Assembly (NCBI RefSeq): GCF_009914755.1 | Contig: NC_060935.1 | Direction: 5' to 3' (one strand) | DNA: 64,000 bases | Source of the DNA: the human T2T-CHM13v2.0 reference genome, Homo sapiens | Shown: piece by piece, positions 30,540 through 44,128 of the stretch | Layout of the letters: the number at the start of each line of letters is the position of its first letter | Numbering within the stretch: position 1 is the first letter of the stretch | Position numbers and translations under genes: made by a program | Notes under the pieces: generated by a model | Database searches by the model: none | Seen by the model: only the letters and a program-made list of their open reading frames with translations | Told to the model about the DNA's origin: nothing

Positions 30540-33110
30540 ACTCCTGGCTCCAAACTGTTTTATTCAACTATCTACCAGACGTCTCCATGTAGAGTTCCAG
30601 AGCAGGTCCCAAATGAAATTCATTATATTGAATGAATGTGTCCCCCTACATGTGTCCCTGTTCTGGTTAATGGCCCCATCACTTGCCCAGTTACCTACAC
30701 CAGAAACCTGGAATAGGGTTTAGATTTCTCCTTCTCCTTCGTTGCCCCTACATAATTATTCAGAACTTCTGCCAATTTTGTCATCTATATATTTCCTTAT
30801 TCTGTTCTTTCCTTACCCTCTCGACTGTGACTGCCTTAATTACTGCCCTGTATGAGGCTGTTCTTGCCTTGCTATAAAGAAATATATGAGACTGGGTAAC
30901 TTATAAGAAAAGAGGTTTACGCTTTGGGCAGCTCTACCCCTGCATTCTGCAGGGTGCATCTCCTGTAGCTGCTCTCAGAGGTTGTTGAGAGCCTGTGACA
31001 TTTCCAGGTGCAGAGTGCAAGCTGCCAGTTGATCTACCATTTTGGGGTTTGGAAAACAGTGGCCCCTGTTCCTATGACTCCATTAGGTACTGCCCAGTGG
31101 TGACCCTGTGTGGGGCCTCCAACCCCATGTTTCCCCTCTGACTGCCCAACCCAGGTTCTCTGAGGGCTCTGCTCCTGCAGCAAGCTTCTGCCTGGGCACC
31201 CAGGCTTTTCCAAACATCCTCTGAAATCTAGAGGAAGGCTGCCAACCCTCCACCACTCTTGCACTACATGCCTATAGGCTTAACACCACATGAAAGCTGC
31301 CAAGGCTTATGACTTGTGCCCTTCCAAGCAGTGGCCCGAGCTCTACCGGGGGTCCTCTAAGCTGAAGCTGGAGGTAGAGTGGGCCGGATGCGGGAAGCAG
31401 TGTCCTGAGACTGCACAGGGCAGTAAGACCCTAGGCCTGGTCCCCAGAACCATTCTTCCGTTGTCTTGGTCTGTGATGGGAGGGACTGCTGTGAAGGTCT
31501 CTGAAATGCCTTCAAGGCCTTTTCCCTGTTTTCTTGTATATTAGCACTTGGCTCCCTTTTCATTTTACAAATATCTCTAACAAGTAGTTGCTCTGTAGCC
31601 TGCTTGAATTCTTCTCCCAGAAAAACATTTTTTTTTCTCTGCCATATGGCCAGCCTGCACATTTTTCAAATTTTTATTCTCTGCTTTCTGTTTAAATATA
31701 AATGCCAAATTTAAGTCATTTCTTTGCTCCCACATTTTATCAAATGGCTAGAAGCAGCCAGGCCACATCTTGAATGCTTGGCTGCTTAGAAATTTCTTCT
31801 GCCAGATACCCTAAGTCATCATTCTCAAATTCAAACTTCCACAGATCTCTAGGGCATGGGAACAATGCAGCCAAGTTCTTTGCTAAGGCATAATACTTGT
31901 GGCCTTTGCTCCAGTTCCCAATAAGATCCACATTTCCATCTGAGACTTCAGCAGGCTGGACTTCACTGTCCATATCACTATCAGCATTTCGGTCACAACC
32001 ATTTAACTAGACTCTAAGAACTTCCAAACTTTCCCTCATTTTCCTTTCTTTTTTTGAGCCCTCCAAATTCTTCCAGCCTCTACCTGTTACCCAATTCTAA
32101 AGCTGCTTCCACATTTTCAGGTATCCTTATGGAAAAGCCCCACTCCTTGGTACCAATTCTCTGTATTAGGCTGTTCTTTCATTGCTATAAATACCTGATA
32201 CTGGGTAATTTATAAGAAAAGAGGGTTTATTGGCTCATAGTTCTGCAGGCTGTACAGGAAGCATAGCACTGGCATCTTGCTTCTGAGGAGACCTAAGGAA
32301 GCGTTTACTTATGGCAGAAGGTGAAGCAGGAGTTTGCATATCACTTGGCAAAAGCAAGAGCAAGAGAGAGAGAGTTGGGGTAGGGGAGGTGCCACACATG
32401 TTTAAATGACCAGATTTCATGCGAACTCAGAGGGAGAGCTCACTTATCACCAAGAGGATGGCCCAAACCATTCATGAGGGATTTGCCACCATGATGAAAA
32501 CACCTGCCATGAGGCCCCACCTCCAACATTGGGGATTACATTTCTACAAGAGAGGTGAGTGGGGACAAATATCCAAACTATATCATGTCATCATCATATT
32601 TAACCTAGACCAACATAAGAGCCTCCTCAGCTGGTCTCCCTGGATCCAGTCAATTCTTCCTCTAACCCATTCTCTTCATTGATACTGAAGTGATGATTGC
32701 AAATGCAAATGTTATCATGACCCTCTGCTGTCCCAGATTCTTTAATGACTCTCCAACCACACAGAGTAAAATCCAAAGTCGTTCTGGATATGCACACTAA
32801 TCCTTGTCCCATTATTTTTGTCACTGCCTCACCCTTGTACACTACATATCAGTCACATTTAAATATTCAGAATTTCCCGAGCACACTATGATGTTGTATC
32901 CCTCTGTATCTTTGCCAGTGCCCTTTCCTCTGCCTGGAATATAATGTCCTTTCCTGTTCCATCTATCTAATGCCTAATCATCTTCAAAGACCCTGTTCAA
33001 GTGCCTCCTCCTCTGTGAGGTCTTCTCTGATTTATCTGAACTATAGTTGATGACTCCCTCCTTTGTTCCACTGATGAAATTTGTATGTGTCTTTTTCTGC
33101 CATTTCTCAC
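30540..33110 (+). mobile_element. L2 split by an MSTB provirus
   Basis: L2 motifs at 30540-30848 resume at 32586 (TCATCATATTTAACCTAGAC..TGCCTGGAAT). Confidence 0.65.
30849..32585 (-). mobile_element. MSTB MaLR element: full 5' LTR (32162-32585), MST-int (30920-32161), and a 70-bp stub of the 3' LTR (30849-30919)
   Basis: Both LTR ends begin TGTAT(G/T)AGGCTGTTCTT..TTGCTATAAA..CTGGGTAA(C/T)TTATAAGAAAAGAGG. The internal peptide GNWSKGH..YALAKNLAAL.PCPRDLWKFE is typical of MST/THE1-int. GGTACCAA lies at the int/LTR border. Confidence 0.9.
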
Positions 33111-33254
33111 TATGTGGCCTTTTTAAAAATGTCAGTGTCTGTAGCCACACTCAGTTTCTTGAAACTATTTTTTAAACTCTTAAATGCATCTGGTTTTCTC
33201 TATACCCCTCACCACCACACTTGCCAAAACCATCATCATCTCTTGTCGGAACTA

Positions 33255-34033
<779 letters not shown>

Positions 34034-34279
34034 TAATGCACACTGATCATGTTACATATATACCCTTCATTTCTTAACATATGTTACAGACTCCCCATTT
34101 ATGTTAAGGTAGAAACCAGAATCTTTAATATGTGCCTTATAGCCCTGAAGACCTCCCTGGCCTCATCTTGTGCATATGTTCCCTCTCCATCCCTCTCTCT
34201 AATTTTACTAAAACAACCACTTCTAGTCCCTGGAACTTACCACACAGAGGATTTAGATTGTTCTATTGAATGAAAATAA

Positions 34280-34920
34280 GGCCAGTAAAAATATTTGATA
34301 AGGTGGGTACCATGATGCAAGCATACTGGAAAGAAGGAGACCAGATATATTGACTGATCAGATAAATTCTGTGTGACCAGCCAGAAAATTGGTGCAATAA
34401 TCCATTGTGTGACTTGTGTGATGGTGGTGCACACAAAAGAGGAAGAAAGAGATATAATAGACATTTCAAAGAAAAAAGTCTGCAGAATTGAATGTCTAGC
34501 TGGTTATGAGGAATGAAGGATAATGCTGCAGAAGAATGTTTCCCTGATGAGAACAAACTGGAAGGGAACTTAGTTTAGGGGTTAAGACAATGAGTTTTGC
34601 TTTACACTTGTTAAGTCAAGTTGAAGGAGAACTGATCAAGGAAAATATCCTGTGAAGGCATGGACTGTATAGCAATATAAATTCAGAAGCATCCACATAG
34701 CAGGGAAGGAAGAGCAGAGGCTTGAGTGGATGAGCTCTCATGGGAAGGATATAAAGAGAAGAGGCCAGAAGTCAAAACTGAGCCCAAGGAATTGCTCACA
34801 GTAATGAGCTGAGGAACTATCAAGGAGGTAGGCAGTCTAGAGTAGTGATGTCTTGAAAATTGGAAAAGAGGAGAGTTCAAGAAGAAGAAGGTCGTTCTAC
34901 AAGATCATGGGAAACAAAAA
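34280..34920 (-). mobile_element. Degenerate L2
   Basis: Purine-rich L2-like motifs (GACAATGAGTTTTGCTTTACACTTGTTAAG; AACTGAGCCCAAGGAA). Confidence 0.55.
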
Positions 34921-36744
34921 CCAAAAAAGGGCTCTTGGGTTTAATTTAAAAAAAAAAAAAAAAGAGTATCATTCTTGACATTTGAAAAGTCTCTTTAGAG
35001 GATAAGAATAGAAATCAGAGAAGAGAATACTAAGGAATAGGTCTTTATTGATGTCCAAAAACAAAAATGGTTTTGTGATCAGTTTAATTTACATATTTTA
35101 AAAAGTCAAGAAGGCAAACCACTATTCAATTACCAGACATCCTGAAACACCTCTTTTTGTTCAAGAATAGGCTGCCATATTTTGTAAGCAGAGACCAAAG
35201 ACCACATAAAATATTTCTCTTAAAACCTCCAAGGTTGGGAAAGTTGTGAAAAGTCCCAGTATGAAATGTTTTCAGAAGCTTTCCCCAGCATCCAGTCTTC
35301 CTTATTCGGAAGAATATTTGCAGTCAGTTGTTTTTCTAAGCATGTCTGAATTCTGTCATTGCAACATGCAAAAAGACAGCTAGCTGCTTTCTTCCTGTTT
35401 ATGTTTTGCTCTTAAGTAACTTAGACATGAAATAGCCCAACTCTCCAGCTTTGTCTTCACAAGCATAGAAAACACCTAAACTCTTATCTATTTATTATAA
35501 GCCTTCACATAAACTACTTAAACTACTTATTACTCAGTGATGCCTATCTTTGGCTTTCATTAAAGGAAATGTAGTAGCTGTATCCACAAAAACTCTTAAA
35601 ATTAAGTCATCTTTTCATTCATTATTTAATGTATTCTATATATGCCAAACACTATGCTGGTTTCTGAAAAGATGAATGAGTTCCTTGCCTGAAAGAGTTC
35701 ACACTATTTGGGAGGACATGTGCCCTTTTTCCTCTGGGAGAAGGAGTATAGTCCCAGAAGATCGATTTGAAGGTGGGCTAAAGAGATCCAGCTCAGCTAA
35801 TCACAGGATAGAGAGTGGGGAGAACTCATGGATCTGCCACACCAGAAGACACTCAGAATTATTTTTACTTTGCCCTCCCAGTCTTTAAGTGGGATATGGA
35901 CCAGGGCAGGAGCAAAGGGCTCTGTAAAGAGCCCCTATTCACCTGAATAGGGGCAAGGCTTATCCTCTGTTCTTTTCAGTTTGTAGTGGACATTAATGAT
36001 CTTTTTCTCCTGTTTATTGAGAAACCAATTACAGTTTGCTCTAAAGAAGCTAACGTGAAGTGATTTGAATGTCTTTACCTAAATGAGTGAAAGCATTCCT
36101 GCTTTTAAACAAAAGAATCCAGCTCAGTCTTTCAATCATAGCAATGACTTTATTTTTCTTACCTTCTGAGGAGAAATTTCAAACTAGGGAAATCTGCTAA
36201 ATCAACAAAACATGTGTTTGAAGTTTTCAGCAGCAAATCCCAAAGGCTGCCAAGAAATTAGTTCATAATCTGAATTTACTGTATATATCACTTTATTATA
36301 CAATACTTAGGTCATTTTGAGATGTCTACATAGATAGTTTTCCTTCTGACTATATCCCTTCCTCCCCAGAGTATGAATTAGGTCATTCAGTATTTGGATA
36401 TCAATAATGACCATGATGATGCCATGGCAAATTTCCAAAGTTATGCTTTTTACGATGTTGGTATTGATTTTTAAAGGTTAAATTTCATTCATCCACTGTC
36501 CATTTTTAATGTACGAGTATTTGCAACCTCATGCCTCTAAATTTCTCCAATTTTTCTGCTCTCAATTAGTAGGCACCATACAGGCCAACAGCTTTTACAG
36601 CGGTCAAAGGCAGGGAAAGAAATTATATCTCACCTTCTTGGTAGAAAAATGCTGGAAAAGTCAAAGTACACTAGGAATTACCCTAAAATGAAATATTGAC
36701 TTCACCTGGGCCTACCGTGCCTTTACTTACATCCTAGAAATTTG

Positions 36745-36950
36745 CCATGAAAATTTGGGTCAGTGGCTGTTTTGCCATTCTCTAGTTAAATGACCCTAGA
36801 AAACTTACATAATATCCTAAATCTTAGTTTTCTCATCAATTTTATAAAACTTATAGTATCATTCCCACCCACTTCACAGAGTTGCCAAGGATTTCAAATG
36901 ACTCTTTGTGTAAGTGCCCTGTGTACACTGTCAAGTGCTTCACAAATCTA
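36745..36950 (+). mobile_element. MIR
   Basis: TGACCCTAGAAAACTTACATAATATCC..CTTAGTTTTCTCATC..TGTAAGTGCCCTG. Confidence 0.55.
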
Positions 36951-36961
36951 AGTCCGCTAAG

Positions 36962-37045
36962 TATTAGGCTGCTGCAAAAGTTATTGCAGTTTTTGCCATC
37001 AAAAGTCATGGCAAAAACCGCAATGACTTTTGCAGCAAACTAATA
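36962..37045. mobile_element. MADE1 (Hsmar1-derived MITE; the source family of miR-548 hairpins)
   Basis: 84-bp palindrome TATTAGGCTGCTGCAAAAGTTATTGC...GCAATGACTTTTGCAGCAAACTAATA. Confidence 0.92.
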
Positions 37046-37130
37046 CTAAATTGGTCATGTAACATCTCTGTTAGTGATGCCCTTGGGGGTGGGGCTCACA
37101 GCCATTTACTCAGGCCTCTCAGCACATTGT

Positions 37131-37399
37131 CATGTGTCTGTGTCTGTGTGTGTTTTGTGTTTATATATTTAGGGTGTACAAGTGCAGATTTCTTGCATGC
37201 ATATATTGCATGGTGGTGAAGCCTGGGCTTTTAGTGCACCTGTCACCCGAATAGTGAGCATTGTACCCAACAGGTAATTTTTCAGCTCTCACTCCGCTCC
37301 CACCTTTCAGAGTCTCCAGGGTCTATTATCCACTCTGTATGTCCATGTGTACCCACTGTTTGGCTCCCACTTATAAGTGAGAACATGCAGTATTTGACT
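37131..37399 (-). mobile_element. L1PB-like 3' end, heavily 5'-truncated
   Basis: GTACAAGTGCAG..GGTGAAGCCTGGGCTTTTAGTGCACC..CTCCCACTTATAAGTGAGAACATGC. 16-bp TSD CCTCTCAGCACATTGT. Confidence 0.88.
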
Positions 37400-39640
37400 A
37401 CCCATTTCTACCTCTCAGCACATTGTACTTGCATCTCTTCCTAAGCAATAGGGAAAGCCCCCTGTGGATGGGGTCTGAGGAGCAGGGCACAGGAAACCCA
37501 AAAACTCTTACAATGCATCATTCATTCTAGCTAATTAAGACCTGAGCTTAGTAATACTCCAGGGGAAACAAAACTTATTTCCCTAGATTACAAATTTATA
37601 ACCTATAATTGGAGATTGAAAATTAAGTTTCTAGTTACAAAAGAGATTCAGTGATTACTTAAGAAGAAAAAATGTACAAAACTAATCATTGGCAGGAAGT
37701 GGACATAACATTAGTTAGTGGACATAACATTGCCCGGAAAGTGAGGAGACCCGTGTGATCTTTTCCTCTCATTCCCTGGCCCCCAGACTTCAAGATCCTC
37801 AGCTGTAAAACCAGGTTGGCTTGAGTGAGCCTCATGTTTCCTTACAACTTGGCAGTTCCATGATCCCAAATGACCCAGCATCTAACACTCCTGTCTGGCA
37901 TTGCCTAAATGTTCCTGGGAACTAACAGAGCATGAAGTGGTTTCATGCTCAGTTGGGAAATATAAAGATGGGTCTGCTAATTGTGGCCAGGAAAACGCAT
38001 CACTTCTAACACAGAAAGAAGACAGAGGGTATGGAATTAATCCAGAGCAGTGAGTCTGAATTACCAAACCAAAATGATTTTCCTTTTTGAGGTCAGAAGC
38101 CAAGCAGTTTGAGAAAGACTTACATAAATGGTTGTCACTCTACTCTCTGGTTTTTGCTTTGTTGTAGTGATTGCTTCTCCTAGACCATCTGGAAAGTGAA
38201 GGTAAAGAGTCCTAACTCATAATTCACGCACTTTCCAGAAATCTTTGCATAAACCTAGGTAAGTCACTTATCCCCTATGGGCTTCTGTTTCTTCAATTAT
38301 AAAATGATTGAGTTGAACAATGAATAGATTTGTTAATAATTAGGTGAAACGCAGGTGATCATTAATGGTAACAGTAAAGATTATGGATCATGTTATCAGG
38401 ATGTGATTTATTCACTTATCATATTAGGGATTATTGTGGGTGCCATGGATATAGGAGCAAAAAGAAAAAAAATCAAGAAGATATATTTGCCTTCTTGGAG
38501 CTTAAATTATTGTTAAAGTGACAGCAAATAAACACACAAAAAAGTAAAACACAGCATGTCAGATGGTGATGAGTGCTATAGAGAAAAAGGGCAAGAAAGG
38601 GACCTAGAGAGGCCAGGATGGAAGTGGAGGTAGAATGGATGGCTGCAAATTCCTGAAGGAGGAGAAGTGAGCCAAGGCTATCAAAGAGGAGAGCCTTCTC
38701 GCGGAGAGAACAGCAAGCACCAATAAGGCTGGAACTCTGTGGACTCTAGGTAGAGAGTAGGAAGTGAGGTCAGAGGTTTAACAGGGAACAGATCTTATAG
38801 AGCTTTGTAGGAGACTGGTTTTTACTTAGGGTGAGATAGGAGGACATTGGAGAATTTTGAGTAGTGAAATAACCGATTTAGGTTTCAAAAAGAACATTCT
38901 GATGCACTATGGAAAACAGATAAAAAGTAAATCAGGGAGATCAATTAAGAGGTTATTAAAATAAAGCAAGATGATAATAGCTTGGATCATGATGTGATAA
39001 CTGTGCAGGTGGGGAGAGTAGTCCGATTTCATATATTTTCAAGATCCAACAGGATTTGTTGATGGATTAGATGCAGAGAAAAAGGGGAGTCTTGAATGAC
39101 TGTGAAGTTTCTTTGGCCTGAACAGCTGAAAGGGTGGGTTGGCATTCACTGAAATGGGAAAGACAGAAGGAAGAGAAGGTTTGAGGAGGAAGACAGGGAG
39201 TTTATTAAGTTTGAGATGATAGATATACAAATAGAGATGTTGAAAAGGCAGTTGGGTATCCTACAGTTTAGCAAAGAGAATGTCAGAACTGGAAATATAT
39301 ATTTGGGAGCCTTCAGTGTTTAGATGGTGTTTAAAGTGATGAGGGTGGAAGAGATCACTCCGAGAGGAAAAGGAGATAGAGAAGAGTTTTGAGGATTGAG
39401 ATATGAAGCGCTCAAATATTTAGTGGTCAGCAAGTCAAGGAGGAATCAACAAAGAAACCTAAGACAGAGAGATGAGCAAGGTAAGAGAAAAACTGGGAGA
39501 GTATGATGTTCTAGAAACCAAGTTTTTAAAAAAAAAAAAAAAAAAAGTCTTTAAAGGAAAAGGAATTAATCGACTGCATCCAGTGGTGTTGATAGGCCAG
39601 GTAGGACAGGAGTGATCGTTGGATACAGCACTGTAGAAGT

Positions 39641-39955
<315 letters not shown>

Positions 39956-40133
39956 AAGATCATTATTAACTTAGACAAGAGCTGTGTCAGTAATACCCTT
40001 ACTGAATTCACTTCAAAAGAAAATTGGAGAAGAGAAATTGGAGATAGCTGGTATCGATGACTCAAGGAATTTTGCTATATAGTAGAGTAGAAAATCGGAG
40101 CAAGAGCTGGAAGGGAAATGATCAAGAGAGGGT

Positions 40134-41384
40134 TTTATTTTTTTATTTTTATTTTATTATACTTTAAGCTCTAGGGTACATGTGCACAACGTGCAGGTTT
40201 GTTACATATGTATACATGTGCCATGTTGGTGTGCTGCACCCATTAACTCATCATTTACATTAGGTATATCTCCTAATGCTTTCCCTCCCGCCTCCCCCTA
40301 CCCCACAACAGGCCCCGGTGTGTGATGTTCCCCTTCCTGTGTCCAAGTGTTCTCATTGTTCAATTCCCGCCTATGAGTGAGAACATGTGGTGTTTGGTTT
40401 TTTGTTCTTGCAATAGTTTGCTGAGAATGATGGTTTCCAGCTTCATCCATGTCCCTACAAAACACATGAACTCATCTTTTTTATGGCTGCATAGTATTCC
40501 ATGGTGTATATGTGCCACATTTTCTTAATCCAGTCTATCGTTGATGGACATTTGGGTTGGTTCCAAGTCTTTGCTATTGTGAATAGTGCCGCAATAAACA
40601 TACGTGTGCATGTGCCTTTATAGCAGCATGATTTATAATCCTTTGGGTATATACCCAGTAATGGGATGGCTGGGTCAAATGGTATTTCTAGTTCTAGATC
40701 CTTGAGGAATCACCACACTGTCTTCCACAATGGTTGAACTAGTTTACAGTCCCACCAACAATGTAAAAGTGTTCCTATTTCTCCACATCCTCTCCAGTGC
40801 CTGTTGTTTCCTGACTTTTTAATGATTGCCATTCTAACTGGTGTGAGATGGTATCTCGTTGTGGTTTTGATTTGCATTTCTCTGATGGCCAGTGATGATG
40901 AGCATTTTTTCATGTGTCTGTTGGCTGCATAAATGTCTCCCTTTGAGAAGTGTCTGTTCATATCTCCTAAGCCAAAAGAACAAAGGTGGAGGCATCATGC
41001 TACCTGACTTCAAACTATACTACAAGGCTGCAGTAACCAAAACAGCATGGTACTGGTACCAAAACAGAGATATAGACCAATAGAACAGAACAGAGCCCTC
41101 AGAAATAATACCACACATCTACAACCATCTGATCTTTGACAAACCTGACAGAAACAAGAAATGGGCAAAGTATTCCCTATTTAATAAATGGTGCTGGGAA
41201 AACTGGCTAGCCATGTGTAGAAAGCTGAAACTGGATCCCTTCCTTACACCTTATACAAAAATTAATTCAAGATGGATTAAAGACTTAAATGTTAGACCTA
41301 AAACCATAAAAACCCTAGAAGAAAACCTAGGCTACACCATTCAGGACATAGGCATGGGCAAGGACTTCATGTCTAAAACACCAA
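40134..41384 (-). mobile_element. L1PA5-like LINE-1 with 5' inversion (non-inverted part 40134-~40964 on minus; inverted part ~40965-41384 on plus)
   Basis: TSD AAGAGAGGGTTTTATTTTT at 40124-40142 and 41385-41403. CATTTACATTAGGTATATC diagnostic. Strand switch at CATATC|TCCTAAGCC. Confidence 0.95.
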
Positions 41385-41454
41385 AAGAGAGGGTTTTATT
41401 TTTAAGGTGGGTGACTATACATCATGTTTCCCTTCTAATAGGAGTAATTTAGAA

Positions 41455-41665
41455 GCAGTAGAGAAAGCAGAGGAACAAGGAAGGAAAGAAGCAGAGGAGA
41501 AGAAGAGGGTTTGTGGGGAGGGGAATGGGAAAGGACAGAAAGTGAGGAGACCTGTATGGGGTCTGAGGAGGAAGAATAATAAAGGAAGAGGAATAAAGGG
41601 GAGTGAGAAGGAAGAAGGATAAGAAAAAAATGATACACTGAAAAAGAAAAAAGAAAGGAGATGCA
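41455..41665. repeat. GA-rich low-complexity tract
   Basis: Strongly purine-rich on the + strand. Confidence 0.75.
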
Positions 41666-41669
41666 AATA

Positions 41670-44128
41670 TATAAAATAAAAAATGAAAGTGAGCATATTA
41701 CCACCAACCATACAAAAAAAAAAAACTATTAGAAGAGAGTACCACGAACAATTGTACACCAACTAACTAGATAACCTAAATGAAGTGGGAAAATTCCTAG
41801 AAACATACAAATTACCTAAACTGATTCAAGAAAATGTAGAAAATTTCCACAGACCTAAAACAAGTAAATAGATTGAATCAGTAATCAAAACCTCCCAACA
41901 AAGAAAAGTCCAGGACCAGATGGCTTCACTGGTAAATTTTACCAAGCACGTAAAGAAGAATTAACACCAGTCTTTCTCAAATTCTTTAAAAAACAAAAGG
42001 CAGAAGCACCAACTCATTCTATAAAGCCAGAATTACTGTGATACCAAAGACAGATAAAGACATCGTAAGAAAAGGAAATTACAGACCCAGTATCCCTTAT
42101 GAATATAAATGCAAAGATCCTCAACGAAATACTAGGAAACTGAATCCAACAACATATTAAGAACATTACACACCATAACTGAGATTTATCCCAGGAATGC
42201 AAGGGGGGTTAGCATAATAAAACTAATCAATATATCACATTAATAGAATTGAGGGAGATGGGAAACTACATGATCATCTCAATTAAGAAAGAAATGGCAT
42301 TTGACAAAATCCAACATCTTTTTATGACAAAATCTCTCAGAAAATTAGGTATAGAAGTAAATTTCCTCAACGTGGTAAGAGGCATTTATGAAAAAACCTC
42401 AGTTAACATCACAGTTAATGGTGAATGACAAAGTATCTCCCTTCTAAAGTCAGGAATAAAACAATGATGCCCACTTTCACCATCACTATTCAACAATTTA
42501 CTGACTGTTCTAGCCAGAGAAATTAGATGAGAAAAACAAAGGTATTAAAATTGGAAAGGTAAAATTATCTGTGTTTACAGAGAACATAATCCTGTATGTA
42601 GAAAAACTCCAAAGAATACACACGAAAGCTACTAGAGCTAATAATTGACTAATTAAGCAAAATTGCAGGGTGCAAGATCAACACAAAAATCAGTTGTTTG
42701 TGTACACCAGCAATGAATAATCTGAAAAGGAATAACACAACAATTTCATTTATAATAACATCTTTTCTAATTTTTTAAAAATGCTACTTGGGGAATGTAG
42801 ATAATAACATCTAAAAGAATAGAATACCTAGGAATAAAATTTAACCAAGAAGGTGAAAATTGTATACACTGGAAACTATGAAACACTGCTGAAATAAATT
42901 TTAAAAGACCCAAATTAATGGAAAGACATCCCATGTTCATGAGTATAAGACTTAATATTGTCAAGTCATAAGTACTATCCAAAGCAATCTACAGATTCAA
43001 TGCAATACCTAACAAAACTCCAACAGATATTTTTGCATAAATGAAAGAGCCAATTCTCAAATTCATACGGTATTCTAGGAACCCCAATTAGCCAAAACAA
43101 TTTTCAAAAAGAAGAACGAAGTTGGAGGACTCAAACTACCCAATTTCGAAACTTACTACAAAGCTACAGTAATCAAAACAGTGTGGTTATAGCATAAAGA
43201 CAGACATATAGACCAATGGAAGAGAATTTAGAGTCCAAAAATAAACACATACATTTATGGTCAATTGATTTATGACAAACGTGTCAAATCTATCCAAGGG
43301 GGAAAGAGTACTCTCTTTAACAGATGATGCTGGGACAACTAGATTTCCATATGAAAAATAATGAAGTAGGACCCCTACTTCACACCATATACAAAAATTA
43401 ACTCAAAATCAATGACCAAAATATTAGAACTGAAACTCACAAAACTCTTAGAAAAAGATAAGTGTAAATCCTCATGACCATGTATTTGGCAGTCTTAGAT
43501 ATGACACCAAAAGCAAGGGAAACGGAAGAAAAAAATAGATAAAATTTCATCAAAACTTAAAATTTTTGTGCATCTAAGGCATTATAATGAAAGCAAAAAA
43601 CAACTTACCGAATGGGAGAAAATATTTGCGGGTCATATATCTGTTAAGAGTTTAATATCTCCAATATGTAAATAACTCATATTAACTCAACAACAAAAAT
43701 ATAAACAACCCAGTTTAAAAACGGGCTTAAGAGATTTCTCCAAAGAAAAGATACAAATGGGAAATAAGCACATGAAAAGATGGTTAATATCATTAATAAC
43801 TAGGGAAATGTGAATCAAAACCATAAGAAGATACCACCTCACATCTACTAAAATTACTAACATCAAGAAAACTAAACAACAAGTGTTAACAAGGTGTAGA
43901 AAAATTGGAATTCTCATATATTGCTGGTGAAAATGTAAAGTGGTGCAGCCCCTGTGGAAAACAGTTTGATGGTTCCTCAAAAAACTACATATAGAGTTAC
44001 CATATGACCTGCAATTTCACTTCTAAGTATGTAGCCAAAAGAATTAAGGCAGAGACTTAAACAGATATTTGTACACTGGTGTTCATTGAAGCATTGTTCA
44101 CAATAGCCAAAAGGTGGAAACAACCCAG
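41670..44128 (+). mobile_element. L1M (L1MB-like) ORF2 region lacking its 3'UTR
   Basis: CCAGGACCAGATGGCTTCACTGG, ATTTGACAAAATCCAACA and CTACAAAGCTACAGTAATCAAAACAGTGTGG. Ends abruptly at GGAAACAACCCAG. Confidence 0.9.

Noticed and set aside
31034-31973. ORFs in a GC-richer block
   Set aside because: Decayed MaLR (MST) internal sequence.
41415-41762. Hydrophobic F/S/L-rich ORFs
   Set aside because: Antisense of a purine-rich low-complexity tract.
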